From contig OZ316893.1 in NCBI GenBank assembly GCA_973895155.1, positions 1,488,860 through 1,552,859 of the forward strand: a DNA stretch of 64,000 nucleotides. The letters are read 5' to 3'. The notes under the pieces are model-generated. The model saw nothing but the letters and a program-made list of their open reading frames with translations. It did not search any database and had not been told where the DNA came from. Source of the stretch: Marsupella aquatica. Taxonomy: Eukaryota > Plantae > Marchantiophyta. Below, piece after piece: positions 34,162 through 50,515 of the stretch. Numbering within the stretch: the stretch's first letter is position 1; every line of letters starts with the position of its first letter. The translations under genes were made by a program, and so were the position numbers.

Positions 34162-34249
34162 AGGCTCAGAAGGATCCATTGGTAGTATTTTGATCATAGA
34201 AGATGAAGATCTCCGTCACAAAATAGGTAAGATTCGATCATCCTCGCCT
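34162..34249 (-). ncRNA. Box C/D snoRNA, snR41/snoR41Y-like double guide
   Basis: C AGGATGA, D' GTGA, C' ATGATCA, D CTGA, terminal AGGC/GCCT stem. D guide CCAATGGATCCT pairs with 18S AGGATCCATTGG; D+5 falls on the A equivalent to yeast Am541. D' guide pairs with 25S-like AAATAGGTAAG. Confidence 0.75.
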
Positions 34250-34366
34250 CCAAATCACTTCACGTGACCTACACCACAACCTCCTGTAAAACTGTATCTT
34301 CACCCTTCACCTCAGTGAGATGTATTGATATGATCCATTCAGGGATACAAACGAGAATCGATCACA

Positions 34367-34457
34367 GGCTCAGAGGACAGATGGCCATAAGAAAATAGCT
34401 GAATCAAAGTCATCAAGAATCAGACAATGTAGGTAAGATGTGAGATCATCATCGGCC
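34367..34457 (-). ncRNA. Box C/D snoRNA, U34/snR62-like
   Basis: C ATGATGA, D' CTGA, C' TGATGA, D CTGA. D' guide CTTACCTACATTGT is complementary to LSU ACAATGTAGGTAAG; D'+5 falls on the U methylated by U34/snR62. Confidence 0.8.
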
Positions 34458-34547
34458 ATCGAATCCTGCTAAGCTTCTAACCCTAAACTAAGCCGTCAGA
34501 ACTAAGCCGTCAGACAAAAACAACAATACAAGCCCCTACAGACGACA

Positions 34548-34622
34548 GCCCTCAGGTAAAATTTGCTTCACGAACCTGGCGAGCAGGCATTCAGAAGTTT
34601 CTTTGATGAAACATCAAAGGGC
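34548..34622 (-). ncRNA. Putative box C/D snoRNA, target not recognised
   Basis: GCCC(T)/(A)GGGC terminal stem, C-like TTGATGT, D' CTGA, D CTGA; lies within the cluster. Confidence 0.5.
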
Positions 34623-35193
34623 AAAACCTCGCTAGGACTTTTCAAACCCACAGCTACGAACGGTAAGCTATGTTCCACACCAAGCAGTACCCTCAAAGCT
34701 TGACTTCGTGGGGGAGCAACTCAGAACAACCGAAGTAAAACGAAACGGCCTATCTCCAACAGGTATTACCAAAACGAAACCCCCACTTGTTCAACAAGCC
34801 ATTACTAAAAAACACACGTCGCTACAACGGCGAGGACGGCATCCCAACAGGAAAAAGATCTGGGCAAAATGCCAAAACGAAATCACAACGTTGCACATCA
34901 AAATACTCCAGCCCACACCATCATTGGGCAGAAGAGCCAGCCCAACCCAACTTCGATCTCTGGCAGATTACGAGCTGCAACCACGACAATTATGCATCAG
35001 AGGAGGGCTAATGAACGACCATCAACTCACTCTCGTTGCACTGCAGAACGGAACCCATAGGTAAAGTTGGAGTTCCTTGGAGAAAGAGCGGCGGAGATGG
35101 ACAAATTGACGTGCGGGAGCTCCATGATTATGTACTGTAGAAAAGGAAGGAGCTCAGGGACAAAGAATCTGTCGGCGGTTTAGGTCTCTAAGA

Positions 35194-35201
35194 TTAGGGT
35201 T
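35194..35201 (-). promoter_or_regulatory. Telo-box (AACCCTAA) upstream of the snoRNA cluster
   Basis: TTAGGGTT on the + strand. Telo-boxes are typical of plant snoRNA and ribosome-biogenesis promoters, but the motif is short. Confidence 0.4.
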
Positions 35202-35624
35202 CGCGGCCGATGACCTTCGGGTTCGGGACAACGCCCAGATAGTACGTGACCTTAGGGAACCCTTTATTTGGCTCAAATGATACATATTAGAGCCATTTTT
35301 TTAAACTTGTGGCTCTCTTAATTCTTTTATGAAACCTAGCCACACTAAGTTCATATTCTGGACTATGGTTCCTGGCAGCGTATTTTTTAAAGTTTTTACT
35401 TTTTTGCCAGAGTGGAGAAGATGCTCAAATATTCTTTATCTAAGTATTTTTCTTACTGTCAGATCTCCCTAGATTTAAGGATGACCGTTAGATTCTAGCT
35501 AGTGGGACCTGTGAGTAGGTGGGACACTGGCTAATGAGACAACAAAATACTAACAATTTTTGCAAAAATTATCAAAACCTTTTTGGGGAGGTGGAATTTG
35601 GTGAATTTTCGCCACTAAAAAAAA

Positions 35625-36537
35625 GAGACATATGCTTGATGGGCCCCCTGGTGAACCTTTCTTTCTTACCTGATGAGCCCCTAGGGAACTTTTTTTACCA
35701 AGTAGGACCCCTCTTAATGACCAGTACACCTGTTCTTGTGTGGTGCCTACACCTGTCATTGTGTGGTGCCTACTATGTATGGTGACTCCAAGCAAACTGC
35801 ACAGTTGAACCGTGTGGTCAACCTTGCATGGTCGACCGAGAAACCACGGAGATGATTTGGGAGGAACCGCGAAAAGCGACTGCCGCTGTCGAAACTGCGA
35901 TTTGAAGATAATATGCATTATGTCTTCGGATTCACTGGGTTAATGCCTGAAGACACAATGGATTATGTCTTCCGGTTCAAATGTTTACCGTATCGTGGGG
36001 TAGTTATTAGGTATATTTTTCATGTTGCGCACATGGGTTTTTCAGGATGTTTTCATGCATGACTGTCAGCGTCAGTGTGGGGTACCTCCAAATGTCCACA
36101 AAGAATATTCAAGTTCAATGTTCGGAATTTGCCTACTGCCGCCACAACAAAAAGTGGCAAATGATTGACAAATGCGCTCAAAAAATGGTAATACTTTCTT
36201 TTTTAGGGTTATTTTTTTTTAATAAATTTAATAAATAAAATAAAAATAAAAAATAAAAAATAAAATGGTAATACTCCCCTGTGTAGTCGCTTTTCGCGGT
36301 TTCTCCCGAATCATCTCCGTGGTTTCTCGGTCGACCATGCAAGGTTGACGGCACGGTTCAACTGTGCAGTTTGCTTGGAGTCACCATACATAGTAGGCAC
36401 CACACAAGGACAGGTGTAGGCACCACACACGAACAGGTGTACTGGTCATTAAGAGGGGTCCTACTTGGTAAAAAAAGTTACCTAGGGGCCCATCAGGTAA
36501 GAAAGGTTCACCCGGGGGCCCATCAAGCATATATCTC
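35625..36537. mobile_element. Non-autonomous MULE with ~255-bp TIRs
   Basis: 35625-35881 and 36286-36537 are near-perfect inverted repeats starting GAGA; flanking CTAAAAAAA duplication (35615, 36538). Confidence 0.85.
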
Positions 36538-38002
36538 CTAAAAAAACTCTGGTTCCTGGGTTTCTCATTTATTGCCCTATAGAGGTTCCACCAAGGGCCC
36601 ACTCGCCTCTCTTACGTTCTCTTACCACGTCACCAATTCACTCAAGTGAATACATTTCCCTTCCAATTGTCTCCGGCTCCATAAAGCAACAGACTGAATC
36701 TGGAGGGGCCTGACGGAACCAAACTCACTGCCAACCCTCCACTCACCCCACATGCTGTGATGCAGTCTCCCTGACTGTGTACAACATGGTTATGTGCACC
36801 GTGGTCGTACTCATCGTGGTCGCATTTGAATTCATGGTTGCTGGTCTCTTTGAAGACATGTAGGGGATGTTTTGTACATGGAATGTGACATGGAGCAAAT
36901 CCTATGTTGGCAATGAGGGGGGACTCACATCTTTGTGCCCCAGAATTGGACGATGGGCAGAGAAGCATTTGCCAAACCATGGCAGTCAAGAGCTGGTCCT
37001 AATCTGGACGCAAGTAGAGATCAAATGGAGATCGGACAGAAAAGCTGAGCCTGGAAGCTGAGAAGCATTGAAGGATCTTGGTAGGGTTTAGGGTCTCAAT
37101 CTGGATGACAATGGTCATCTTCAAGGCAATTCATCCTTGGAATTGGTAGTCTAGCTCCCTCAATTATTTATGAAAGTTTACCATGTCAGGCTCATTGGAA
37201 ATATTTTTCCAAGCTTCAAATGAGCCCAAGATTAGTTGATTTGGTAGACTGAATTGTTAGGGAAAAATTCATGGTCAAAAGTTTTTGGAAGTGGGGAGAA
37301 TGCTAGAAATTAGGGTGTAAAAGGGGTTACTCAGTAGCCCCTGACAAGACTGTGGGTTATTGGGTGTAGAGTTCTACCAAAGTGACACTCCCATGAACCC
37401 AGTCCGTGAACCATGCAAACCAAATGGACCATGACACCCTTCATGCCTTCACTGGACACTCTTCTTGATTCCAAAAAGGTTTTTAACAACCAAGTTTGAC
37501 CTTCAGTATCACCATTTCTATCCAGCAGAATTCTTCTAGGGCTGGGTAGAAGAGTCTTGGGAATATCTCTCCAACCAATCTAATATCTCTAGTTTTGAGT
37601 TATGAGTTTCTAAAGATCACCCCATCACTGAGGTGTCCACACATTATAGTTCTAAAATCTAGTTATGTGACATTCAATATCTCCCTCTACATCCAATGTA
37701 ATGTTATCTTTCTGCGTTTGTTATTAATTGCTTGGAAAGATTTTTCTAATGAGCCTAATATAGTCAAATTTCATTGAGTATTGAGAGACCCACAAATTTC
37801 AAAGATGACTATATCATTTCCTTCCCACATCAGTCATCTTTGAAAATTTTGAACCCTTTTTTTAAGTATGACTACATAGTTTTCTTGCCACATTTCACTA
37901 GTTTGCTTTATTTGTATTCTATGAGCACAAAGAGGGTTTTGCTACACTCATCTGGGCTTCAGTTTCAGATTTTTACCCTATTTCCACTATAAATATTGAC
38001 CC

Positions 38003-38670
38003 AAGTCTCATAACCCCCCAAGCCACGGTGGCTAGGAGATGACCAATCCTCCAAGTCTCATAACCCCTGAGTCTCATAATTTGCAAGCCAAGGTGGCTAG
38101 GGGATGACCAAGCCCCTAAGTCTCATAAACCCTCGAGTCTCATAACCCGCAAGCTAGTCAATGTGGGCTGGATGACCAAGCCCTTAGTCTCATAAGCCCC
38201 TGAGTCTCATAACCCCCAAGCCAAGCTGGCTAGGGGATGACTAAGCCCCTGAGTCTCATAAACCCCTGTGTCTCATAGCCTGCAAGCCAAGCTGGCTAGG
38301 GGATGACCAAGCCAGTCTCAACCCCCATGCCAAGCTGGCTAGAGGGAAAACCAAGCCCCTAAGTCTCATAAACCCCTGAGTCTCATAACCCCCAAGCCAA
38401 GGTGGCCAAGGGATGACCAAGCCCCCAACTAAGTCTCATAACCCCCAAGCCAAGCTGGGTAGGAGATGACCAAACCCCTAAGTCTCATAAACCCCAGAGT
38501 CTCATAAGCCCAAGCTGGTTATGGGATGACTGAGCCCCTAAGTGTCATAACCCCCAAGCCAAGCTGGTTAGAGGATGACCAAGCCCCTGAGTCTCATAAA
38601 CCCCTAAAAGTCTCATAACCCCCAAGCCAAGCTGGCTAGGGGATGACCAAGCCCCTCATAAACCCCTGAG
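38003..38670. repeat. Minisatellite, ~50-65-bp unit (GAGTCTCATAACCCCCAAGCCAAGCTGGCTAGGGGATGACCAAGCCCCT) with a 17-bp subrepeat, ~11 copies
   Basis: Directly visible tandem array upstream of MPP10. Confidence 0.9.
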
Positions 38671-39374
38671 TTGGGTTTTTGCCAGGAGGTTAGAATTGAT
38701 AATCACCAACAAAACGTGGAAACAAAAGAAAATTATGGTAAGGGTTTACTACCTTGGGAGCTCTCAGGTCCAGACTCATTTCGCCCAACTGAGCTCAGTC
38801 AGCTGATTCTCTCGTTGTAAAGTTGGTTCAAAAGCTTCACCTCTCGTTCTGAGCTCTCTCACTCAGTTTCTCGTAGCTCTCGTTTGACGCTTCACAATAG
38901 TAGGTAGAAGCATTTTGCCGCTCAGCAGTCTGAGCTCTATTTATTAGCACTCTGTGTCCTTCAAGCCGCTCGCAGCCAGGTCGAAGCATTTTCTCAAGCT
39001 TCCTCAAGGAAATCTTACCTCGATCTGATGATATACCCACACTCTGTCTCGGCTTGGTGCGCTCCTACATTACTAGGTTTAAGAATTTTGTCGAAACTCG
39101 GAACTTAAATCTTAGCTTTGGGAACACTCTGTCTGTGATCTTTGCATTTGATGTGCTACAATTTCTGCAGTGATGGCTCTCGCAGTTCACTTGAATGTGT
39201 CTGCGGCAATCGGGACTCTCGGTGATCATGTGGTCTAACAAGAAAACTGACAATAGTTGAGGTTCTAGCCCGGTTTCTTCCCCTGTCCCCTGCGATTTTT
39301 CCTGCTGACAACACTTTGGTTGGAAATTTCTCGATTGATTGTGGAGAGTTCGACGCTTTTGGCTGGCTGGAGTT

Positions 39375-42300
39375 ATGGGTGCGGAGGTGCTGGGGCATGG
39401 ACAGAGTAACCAGGGTACAGCCGAAGGGGGAGATCGAATTCCCCATACTGCTGGTGAGGAGGCACTTAATAGGCTGAAGGAGTCGGAACCAAGCGAGTGG
39501 TTGGCTGCTCCGCCCGCTCTCGTGCATTGTGCCAAGCAGGCTTCAGAAATTCTGTTCTCCCTCGCGGCCGACAGCTTCGAGAAGGCCCCCCTTTCGAAGT
39601 TGTACACCGATAGATTTGACGCGGAGCAGATTTGGCAGCAAATCGACCTCCAGTCTCACCCTATCCTCTCGTACGTCCGGAAGAAGCTCAAGAATCTCGA
39701 AAAGACTGGGGATACTGATTTTTTCACAGGACTAGAAGGCAAGGACATTGTAGAGAATGGCGAACCCCACAAGCCTGAAGACGAGGCCACAGGTATGCTG
39801 TCAGATGTAATCGAGAGTGAGGAAGAATCTGAAATTGACGAAGATGATGAAGAAATGGAAGAGGCGGGAGCAGCCGCTTTGGATTATGACGATGATAAAG
39901 ATGATGATGAAGAGGAAGATGAAGGCGAGAAAGGAGAAGGGAAAGACGGAGTGGAGGATGACTTTTTTAGGGTTAGTGAAATGGAAAAATTTCTGGATCG
40001 AGCAGATGCAGAGGGAGTTTTCGGAACTGGAGCTGAGGGCGACCCTGTGTCAACTTCCAGACTTGATGCAGCCGATGATGATGATGAGGATGATGAGGAT
40101 GATGATGAGGGTTTAGAGGCTGGTGGAAGTAGTGCAGATGAAGAAGGAGGTAAGGACCTGGGATTTGGCAAGTATGAAGATTTTTTTGGGAAAAAGAAGA
40201 ATAAGAAGAAGAGCACGAAATCTGAACCTTTCGAAGAGGAGCAAAATAGTGAGGATGGCACAGGAGATGAGCTCTCTGAGGAAGATGAATTAGACGAGGA
40301 GGAAGGCCCCAATTCCGTCCAATTGGAAGCCGAACCATTAGAGGTACGACTATGCATCGCTGATTTGATGTGGTGGTTGAGAATTTAGGGTTCAGGGTTT
40401 AGGGTTTAGGGTTTACGGCTTGAGGTTTAAGGTTTAGAGCTGTAATGGGGCTCTAACAACCGAATGGAGTTAGCTACTCTCTTTTGCATATTGTGGTGTC
40501 CAATTGAGCGGATTCTCGTACCAATGTCGGCCGTTTCATGGCTTACCCCTACTGTATTTCGCAATACGAGTTGGTGTACGATTAGCAGATTGAAAACATT
40601 AGCGGTCCTCCATGTCCTTGCAATGAAAATTAATATTAGTCTCCTCGTCGTTCTGATTTCTCCCAATTTTCATCAGCATAGCCTTTCGACCCGCTTGATT
40701 ATTAGATTAATATCTTTCTTTTACGTTTGTACCCACGGTATTATGCTGAAGGATGTCGGTTCATGAATTTTCGACAGGCTGAGAAGCTTTCATCTCATGA
40801 AAGACGGACGGAAAGAATCGAGAAGAAAATGAAACAGCTGGAGAAGGCCAGCCTCGACCCGAAGGATTGGACTTTACAAGGCGAGGTACAGCAGATTTGC
40901 TTATTTCTCTTTGCTATTGTTAAGGAAATTGAATATTTGTACTATCACGGGCATAATAGATTTATGATATCAAGGGCTTATATCAAAGTCGAGAGGAGAT
41001 GCAGTTGTGCAACAAGTTGTTACTGCTCGTGAGTTTGTGACTCTTTGCTTTGTAAATTCACAGGTGACTGCGAAGAAAAGACCTAAGAATAGTGCTCTGG
41101 AGGTGGAACTCGACTTTGAGCACAATGTTAGACCGCCACCTGTAATAACAGAGGAAGTCACTGCCTCTTTGGAAGACATGATTAAGGCAAGGATTGCTGA
41201 GGTACGTTGTAATAATTTCTGATCTGAAAGTCAAACAAAGACTATGAATCAAAGCTTCTAAATTCCGATCTCAGCTGAGATTCTTAGTCGCTGTCCTATT
41301 CTGATCTAGCACTAAATTTCTGCTTGCTGTTGTGATTTCTCTAGGCACGTTTTGACGATGTGCAAAGGAAGGCCGCTGCACCAGTCGCTGCAGCAAGAGA
41401 GAGGGTCGAACTGGTAAGTGAGTCAAACAATTAGAAAGTAGTCATTTGCCAAGTAACCATCTGTGTGCGAACGTGGAGGAGCAAGTAAAGCGCTGTTCTC
41501 GTTATATGTCCTCTGACTCCTCATCCATGTGGTAGTTCTAAATTGCATGGATGATGTCATCAGGTCTTAATGATATATGGTTTTAGATATTTTGGGACCA
41601 TTGCATGTCGGATATCAGTTGGTGAGATGCCCTTTTTCGGTCCAGACTTCCTTGACCAAGATGCTGTTCTTATCAAGTGTTTTGTTTTTCTTCACTCCGT
41701 CTAAACATATTCAGACTTTTATTTGCAAATTCAAGAACAGGACACGCAGGTCGTCAATTCGTTTTCATCGTAAATGTTGTCAATGACAATGCAAGTAGAG
41801 TTTTGAACCTGAAAATGCATTATGGACTTCTACTCGAAATGCTACATATTCTCTATTGAATCGAGGCGAATCTTGTATCGATAACGTTGGTGCTAATCGA
41901 GTCTCTCTTCTGCCAGGATGAAAGTAAAAGTCAGAAGGGGCTAGGGGAGATCTATGAGGTCAGACGTCCTTCCCTCTGCGTCTTTGGTTTGAATCGCAGT
42001 TTAATGTCGGAAGTATAATAGAATCCCTGTCTTATCTTATTTGAGAGGCTGGAGTATTGGTTGAAGCTACTGTGGGCCTTAAGCGAGACTGTTGTATCCA
42101 CCAGGCAGAGTACATGCAACAGACAGGTTTGGGAGCGGCTCCCACTTCGACAACGGAGGCTCTGAAAGAGGAGGTACCTTTTTAACCCTATCGTTGTCAG
42201 CTTCGTAAGACCTTATATCAAATACAAAAACCATACGCGTGAATTATGGAAACTATTGAATTGTAAGCTAAATCATCCTTCCGGGTTTGGATGGTATTGC

Positions 42301-43753
42301 TTTTAACACAAATGGAAGGAAGAGTTGTTGGTTCAGGCGTTCGTATAGTAAACTAACCGTGATTCGGTGCAGGCGAAAGAACTATTCAAGGCCCTTTGTG
42401 CCAGACTTGACTCACTGTCTCACTTCCATTTTGCACCTAAACCTGTAAGTTAAGATATTTTGATATTTTTGCATTACTGCAGTGACCTGTGTCGTCAGGG
42501 TTTCATCTTTCAAAATATAGGTAGTATACCCCAGATTAGGTCAGTAGGTCGTTTATTCAAAAGTTTATTGCAATCCATTCGCTGGAATCCCCTAAACTTC
42601 TCACTGGTTTTACATACTGATCCTTCGGATAATATTATTTGACTGAAATCTGCATGGTAAATATGGCGTATGACAGGTGATAGAGGATATGGAGGTCCGA
42701 GCTGATGTTCCAGCACTTGCCATGGAGGAGGTACGTAGTTAACAGGAAGTTGAAGCGCTCCTCCAATCAGATTATATTCTAGATGTCTGTGTTGGTAATT
42801 AATTAGGAAAGTGTGACAGTATTCCATTTCTGAAGGAGTTCTCTTCGGTGCACCAAGTCTTAACCGGAAATGCTGTGGGGCGTGCAGGTCGCACCTATGG
42901 CTATGTCTGAGGCTTCAATGCTTGCCCCTGAAGAGGTTTTTGTCGGGGAAGCTGCAATTAAAGGCGAGGGTGAGCTAACACCTGACGACAGAAAACGTCG
43001 CAGAGCTCAAAAGAAGCGAAAACGGAAAGGTACGTTGAAAGAAATTCATGCTGCTTGTAGTTATTGTGTAAATCCTCCCTAGAAGGACATTGCAATTTCT
43101 TGGAACTGGTTGCATTCGTCGGTATGAATATCTGCTTCCCAACCTTATAGAAGTAAACAAGAAATAAGTGCTCTATTGATTCACTACCCAACATTGTACT
43201 ACTAGCTGGACAATCTTTGATCCGAAAGAGTGAACTGAGTATGGCCACAAATGAGTTACAGAGCCATCGTTGCTGTCGTTAGGTCAAGCTGATAGTGTAC
43301 TTTTGAGTGTCATTCACAGGTGAGAAGAGAGTACAAGAAGCTGAAAGGATACGAAAGAGAGTTCGTCCAAGTGGCTCTGAACCCAGTGAAGTAAAGGCCA
43401 CGGAGGGCCTCAAAATCGGTCACTCTTCTTATTCTAAGTCTACAAAGGTGGGCGTCTTTCTTTCCTTTCTTCATTGCCTGTGATATTTCTGGAATGGAAA
43501 GTCTCGAATATTATTGAGACGAGGAACGGGCACCACGGTGAATTGTTGGGGACAATGTTCTTGGCATTATCATGATTTGTCGAGAAACATAGACTGACAA
43601 AACTGCAAGTTTGAAAGCTAAGACCGTGTGTACTGGTGTGGACAGGTGTTCGCTGAGTTGGAGAACGCGAAAGGGGGCAAAGGCAAAGCTCCTCCACAAA
43701 AGGATGATAAGCTGACAGGGAAACCTTTACAAGCTTCATTCCTTAAATTGTAA
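39375..43753 (+). CDS. MPP10: U3 snoRNP / SSU processome protein MPP10; exons 39375-40343, 40778-40885, 41064-41201, 41345-41413, 41917-41958, 42105-42173, 42373-42444, 42677-42730, 42888-43029, 43320-43447, 43646-43753
   Basis: FDAEQIWQQIDLQ, acidic tract, WTLQGEVTAKKRPKNSALEVELDFEH, PPVITEEVT, LDSLSHFHFAPKP, PALAMEEVAP, LAPEEVF and C-terminal SFLKL*. All introns GT-AG. Confidence 0.95.
40384..40439 (+). repeat. Degenerate interstitial telomeric / telo-box array (8 heptamers in register) in MPP10 intron 1
   Basis: TTTAGGG TTCAGGG TTTAGGG TTTAGGG TTTACGG CTTGAGG TTTAAGG TTTAGAG. Confidence 0.85.
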
Positions 43754-45071
43754 TTATAATTAATTATTTATTCCAATTTTGATCGAGATCCCATCCCGCT
43801 TCTCCCAGTTTGGGGTCCTTTCATTTCGTATTGGATGGCAGGAAAGCCAATTCTTGGAATGATTTTTGCAGTTACGCATTGGCTTTCACCCCACTACGAA
43901 ATCGATACATTTTCACAGCTTTTCTTCATCAGAGAAGGTTGGTCGAAAAGGTAACGTCAGACCCGTCCTTATTACATACGATTTAGACGGTAGTAGTGTT
44001 TTTCAAGCTGAAGGATTTTCCTACAAGTGGGCGGAAACGTGGATCAGTTCACTTCCTCGCGACAGACTCGATATGCCAGAACCCAACAATGTTCTTCGTT
44101 GTGGAGTTGTACCCCCAGCTTTGAATGCCTGCAACGCTGCTGAAACGTTTGGAACTTCATGTCCGTTCTATGGTTGGTGACTAGAAAGCCGAGGATTGCC
44201 ATTGTGCTTCAACTTCTTACAGTGATGGACCTGATCGCGCCCCAAATCTCTTGACTTCGATTCAGTTCGGATTAGAAAGAATCGTGTTTCGTAAGAACTG
44301 TCTCGTCTCGTATACTGGAAACCAGATTATTGGAGTGCTCTCTGGAATAAGGTCTCTTATTAAACAAGGTCACTGCAGGCTTCTAACATTGAGTACATAC
44401 CAGATTTGTGAGTGAGATTTTATCAATTGTGGCCGGCCTTGCTCTTGGAGCTCAAAACTATGCTTTGTTCTTGCAAGCTACAATAGTAAGCAATTTTCGA
44501 TGCCTTTGCCGGCAGTGGCTACAGCCGTTAAACTGTGAGCTACACGCGAAAACTCGGGTCTAGTTTGGGTGTCGTCTTGGTAGTAGCACAATTTCAACCG
44601 AAGTTGGAAAACTGGTCTGACCTGAATTCTGCTGTCTTGAAGAGTGCATATCACAATCAGTAGCACAGTAGCAGGACGGTGGTGAAGTGGCGACTTTGGT
44701 TGGTTCCATCTTATGCAAACCAACCAACCCACCCAATACTGGCTTCATGGCATGTAGGCTGCCTCATTACTACTTTGCCTCATTACTACTTATCAGCTTT
44801 TAGTTATTTTGCCATTAAAGATATTATAATTGGCAATATTGTCACTTTGTTTTGTATTTATAAAATATCATGGTTTTGTATATGGATGAGAATTTTTCCA
44901 AAGGAACCAGGGAAATTATATACTAAAATAGTTGCATATTTGTAAATACAAAAAATAATAGTGGCAGTACTATAAATATCTCTAGTGGCAATGTACTTAA
45001 AATCTTTACTATTTATTCTAGAATACAAATTTCACACCATCCCGGGCATGAACATTCCTCTGGGATTGCAC

Positions 45072-45350
45072 AAACCTCAATAATTTATGCCAAAAGTGAC
45101 AAAAGACTTTCAGAGCTGTTCCCAGGCATCTCACCCCACCTCTCACCTGGGAAGATAAGTTTCTATTAAACAAAGAAAACTTAGAAGGGGCGCCAAAGCA
45201 CCCAAGGCTCACCACACATGTATCTCAGTGCAAGAGGAAGCAAAAGCAGAAATCATCAGTCACTCACTACATTGATTTTAGTGGCGAAAATCAGCTAGAG
45301 TCCACAGCTCTGAAAGTCTTTGTCACTTTTGGCATAAATTCATGAGGTTT
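45072..45350. repeat. ~47-bp inverted repeat pair (MITE-like remnant)
   Basis: 45072-45119 vs 45304-45350 (AATTTATGCCAAAAGTGACAAA(A)GACTTTCAGAGCTGT). No TSD seen. Confidence 0.65.
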
Positions 45351-47456
45351 TTTTGTCTTCCATTAGCAAGTTTTTTGTGGTCCATTAGCCAGTCTACACC
45401 GACAAGGAAACCCTGAGTATTATGAGCCCGAGCGACAAATGATGTTTCTTCTGTTTAGTTGCTGCGGACTTTTCTCAGGATGCCGTCCTGTCACAAAGGA
45501 TGCCCTGAATAAGCTCCACAACTCCAACAAGTACTGAATTACATTTGTTCTCAAAGAAATTGAGACAAAAAAAACCTGCTCAAGATTTGGCAGCTGGGTA
45601 ACCTTCTCAAACAGGCTGCAGACCATCTACAGGTCACATTTGAGTCAAAAGTGTGAAAGGCTCCAAGTCTACATCAACATTCTGAGAGATTCCATCTGGC
45701 TTCACAAACAAATTACCCCTCAGTCCATATGAGTTTAAGCTTTCACGAGCCTAAATGCCCATTCTTTGAATGGCAACAAAGATGATGACAAAATCAGCAT
45801 GCATGACCTACCATATATCCCATCCTGCTCATTCACATACATTTGGTGGCGCCCTAAAGTTACTGGCTAGAGGCTTCAATCTAGAAGCCTAGACTCCAAC
45901 TCTAGCTTGGAGTTCACACTTTATTAGTAAGATTGTCTTCCATAGAATACCAAAAATTGTAAAGAAAAAAACATTGAAGGGATTGAAGAACCACTACTCC
46001 ACTTGAGTTTCTCTCTGAGTGTACACTCTATAAGGGAAAAACCTGGATAACTGCAAATCATCCCGTTCTTGCTTGTTTTCTACATTGACTGAGTTTGCAA
46101 CTGTTTTTGCACCTTTGGTAGTGCAAAAGGCCTGGAAAATTTCAACTCTTTAAGTGAAAAAACCCTTGATAAGTGTAGATGAGAACTTATAAACAAAGCA
46201 CACAATCCCATTGAATTTCACTTACAAATAAGTGCAGGAGATTTTTCAGTATACTGAAAATTGCACTTATGGCTAGGGGACCAAATTGAGCGCAGGATGT
46301 CCAAGTTAGGGTGGGAGTCACAAGACTCACTGACAGAGGATACTTGCACACTTGACAAAATAGATGTAAGCCATATAATCTTATCAATAAGTGCATAATT
46401 TTAAGGAATGATATTAAGTGGGGAAGCTCGTGTGGCACACTGTAGAGGGTCTGTTTTGGACAAAAAGTGGGTGCCAATCAGTGTTGGGTGGGTGTAGGGT
46501 TTTCCTTATAGAGTTAGGAAAGGGTATAGTGGACATCCCTAGCCGCCAAGGTAAGGTATTTTACTGGTATATAAGGTCCCCCAAAAAATTCAAAATATGG
46601 AGATATATTAAAAAATAAATTGTGCACTTAGAGTCAGTGAGAGAGCGGACTCTAGTCAGGTCCATACAGTCTCCCCCTTTTGACAAAACTTGAAGATGCA
46701 TGAATGATTGTGGCGATGGTAGCACGAAACTGCGAAGATGGAGAAAGCAGAATTGCTGCTGTTCACAGACGTCATGCTTCGCACGATTGAGCCCAATCAG
46801 GGGGAAAGCAAAGCAGCCATGTCACGTCAGATCACCACCAATGGACAGCAAAGTGGCAGGCAAGCATCGAATGATCGAAAGGAAGAGAGATACAGTAGAC
46901 AGGCAGGACGGTGGTGGTTCACAGGTGCAGGTGGTGGTTCTCCATTGCTCGCATGCTCGGCATCTCCTCAAAACGGGGTTCAGATAATGCCGCCACCCAG
47001 ACCCACAAACCATTGCTGAAACCTAATTTCGATTCCGAAGAGCCAATGTATGGCACCTACAGTTGAGGCTGTTTAGTTTTGGCAGAACACCTTGGTACGA
47101 GTCTTCGAAACTTCTCAGCAGAGTGGTGAAGCGACCCACCAATATGCAGTAGAGCAGCAGCTGTCGACGGCATCCCAGGGGGAAAGCATCAATTCTGTTT
47201 CTGTAAATCTCGAAATTTTTACTTCCTCCTGAATTTGCCAGGGTTGTTCCGTTGATCTGCACTCCCAAAGTCAATCTGCATGTCGTTTGTTACTTTTTAG
47301 ATGTTGGAGGTTTTGCTCAGGGTGCCAAGGATCGCAGCAATCACTCAGCTACAGTTGTTGCAAAATTCAGGCCGGGGCCATTCTTTTCTGGAGCAGATTT
47401 GCTGCCTCCGACTGCCCATTTTGACCACTGGGCTAAGTAAGCAAAGCATTTCGAGA

Positions 47457-50515
<3,059 letters not shown>

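Noticed and set aside
36600-37560. Possible Ty3/Gypsy LTR remnant (AGGGGCTACTG PPT-like motif on the minus strand near 37331)
   Set aside because: No second LTR, TSD or coding motif to support boundaries.
39884-40357. Ser-rich and His-rich minus-strand ORFs
   Set aside because: Antisense of the MPP10 acidic (GAT/GAG) tract.
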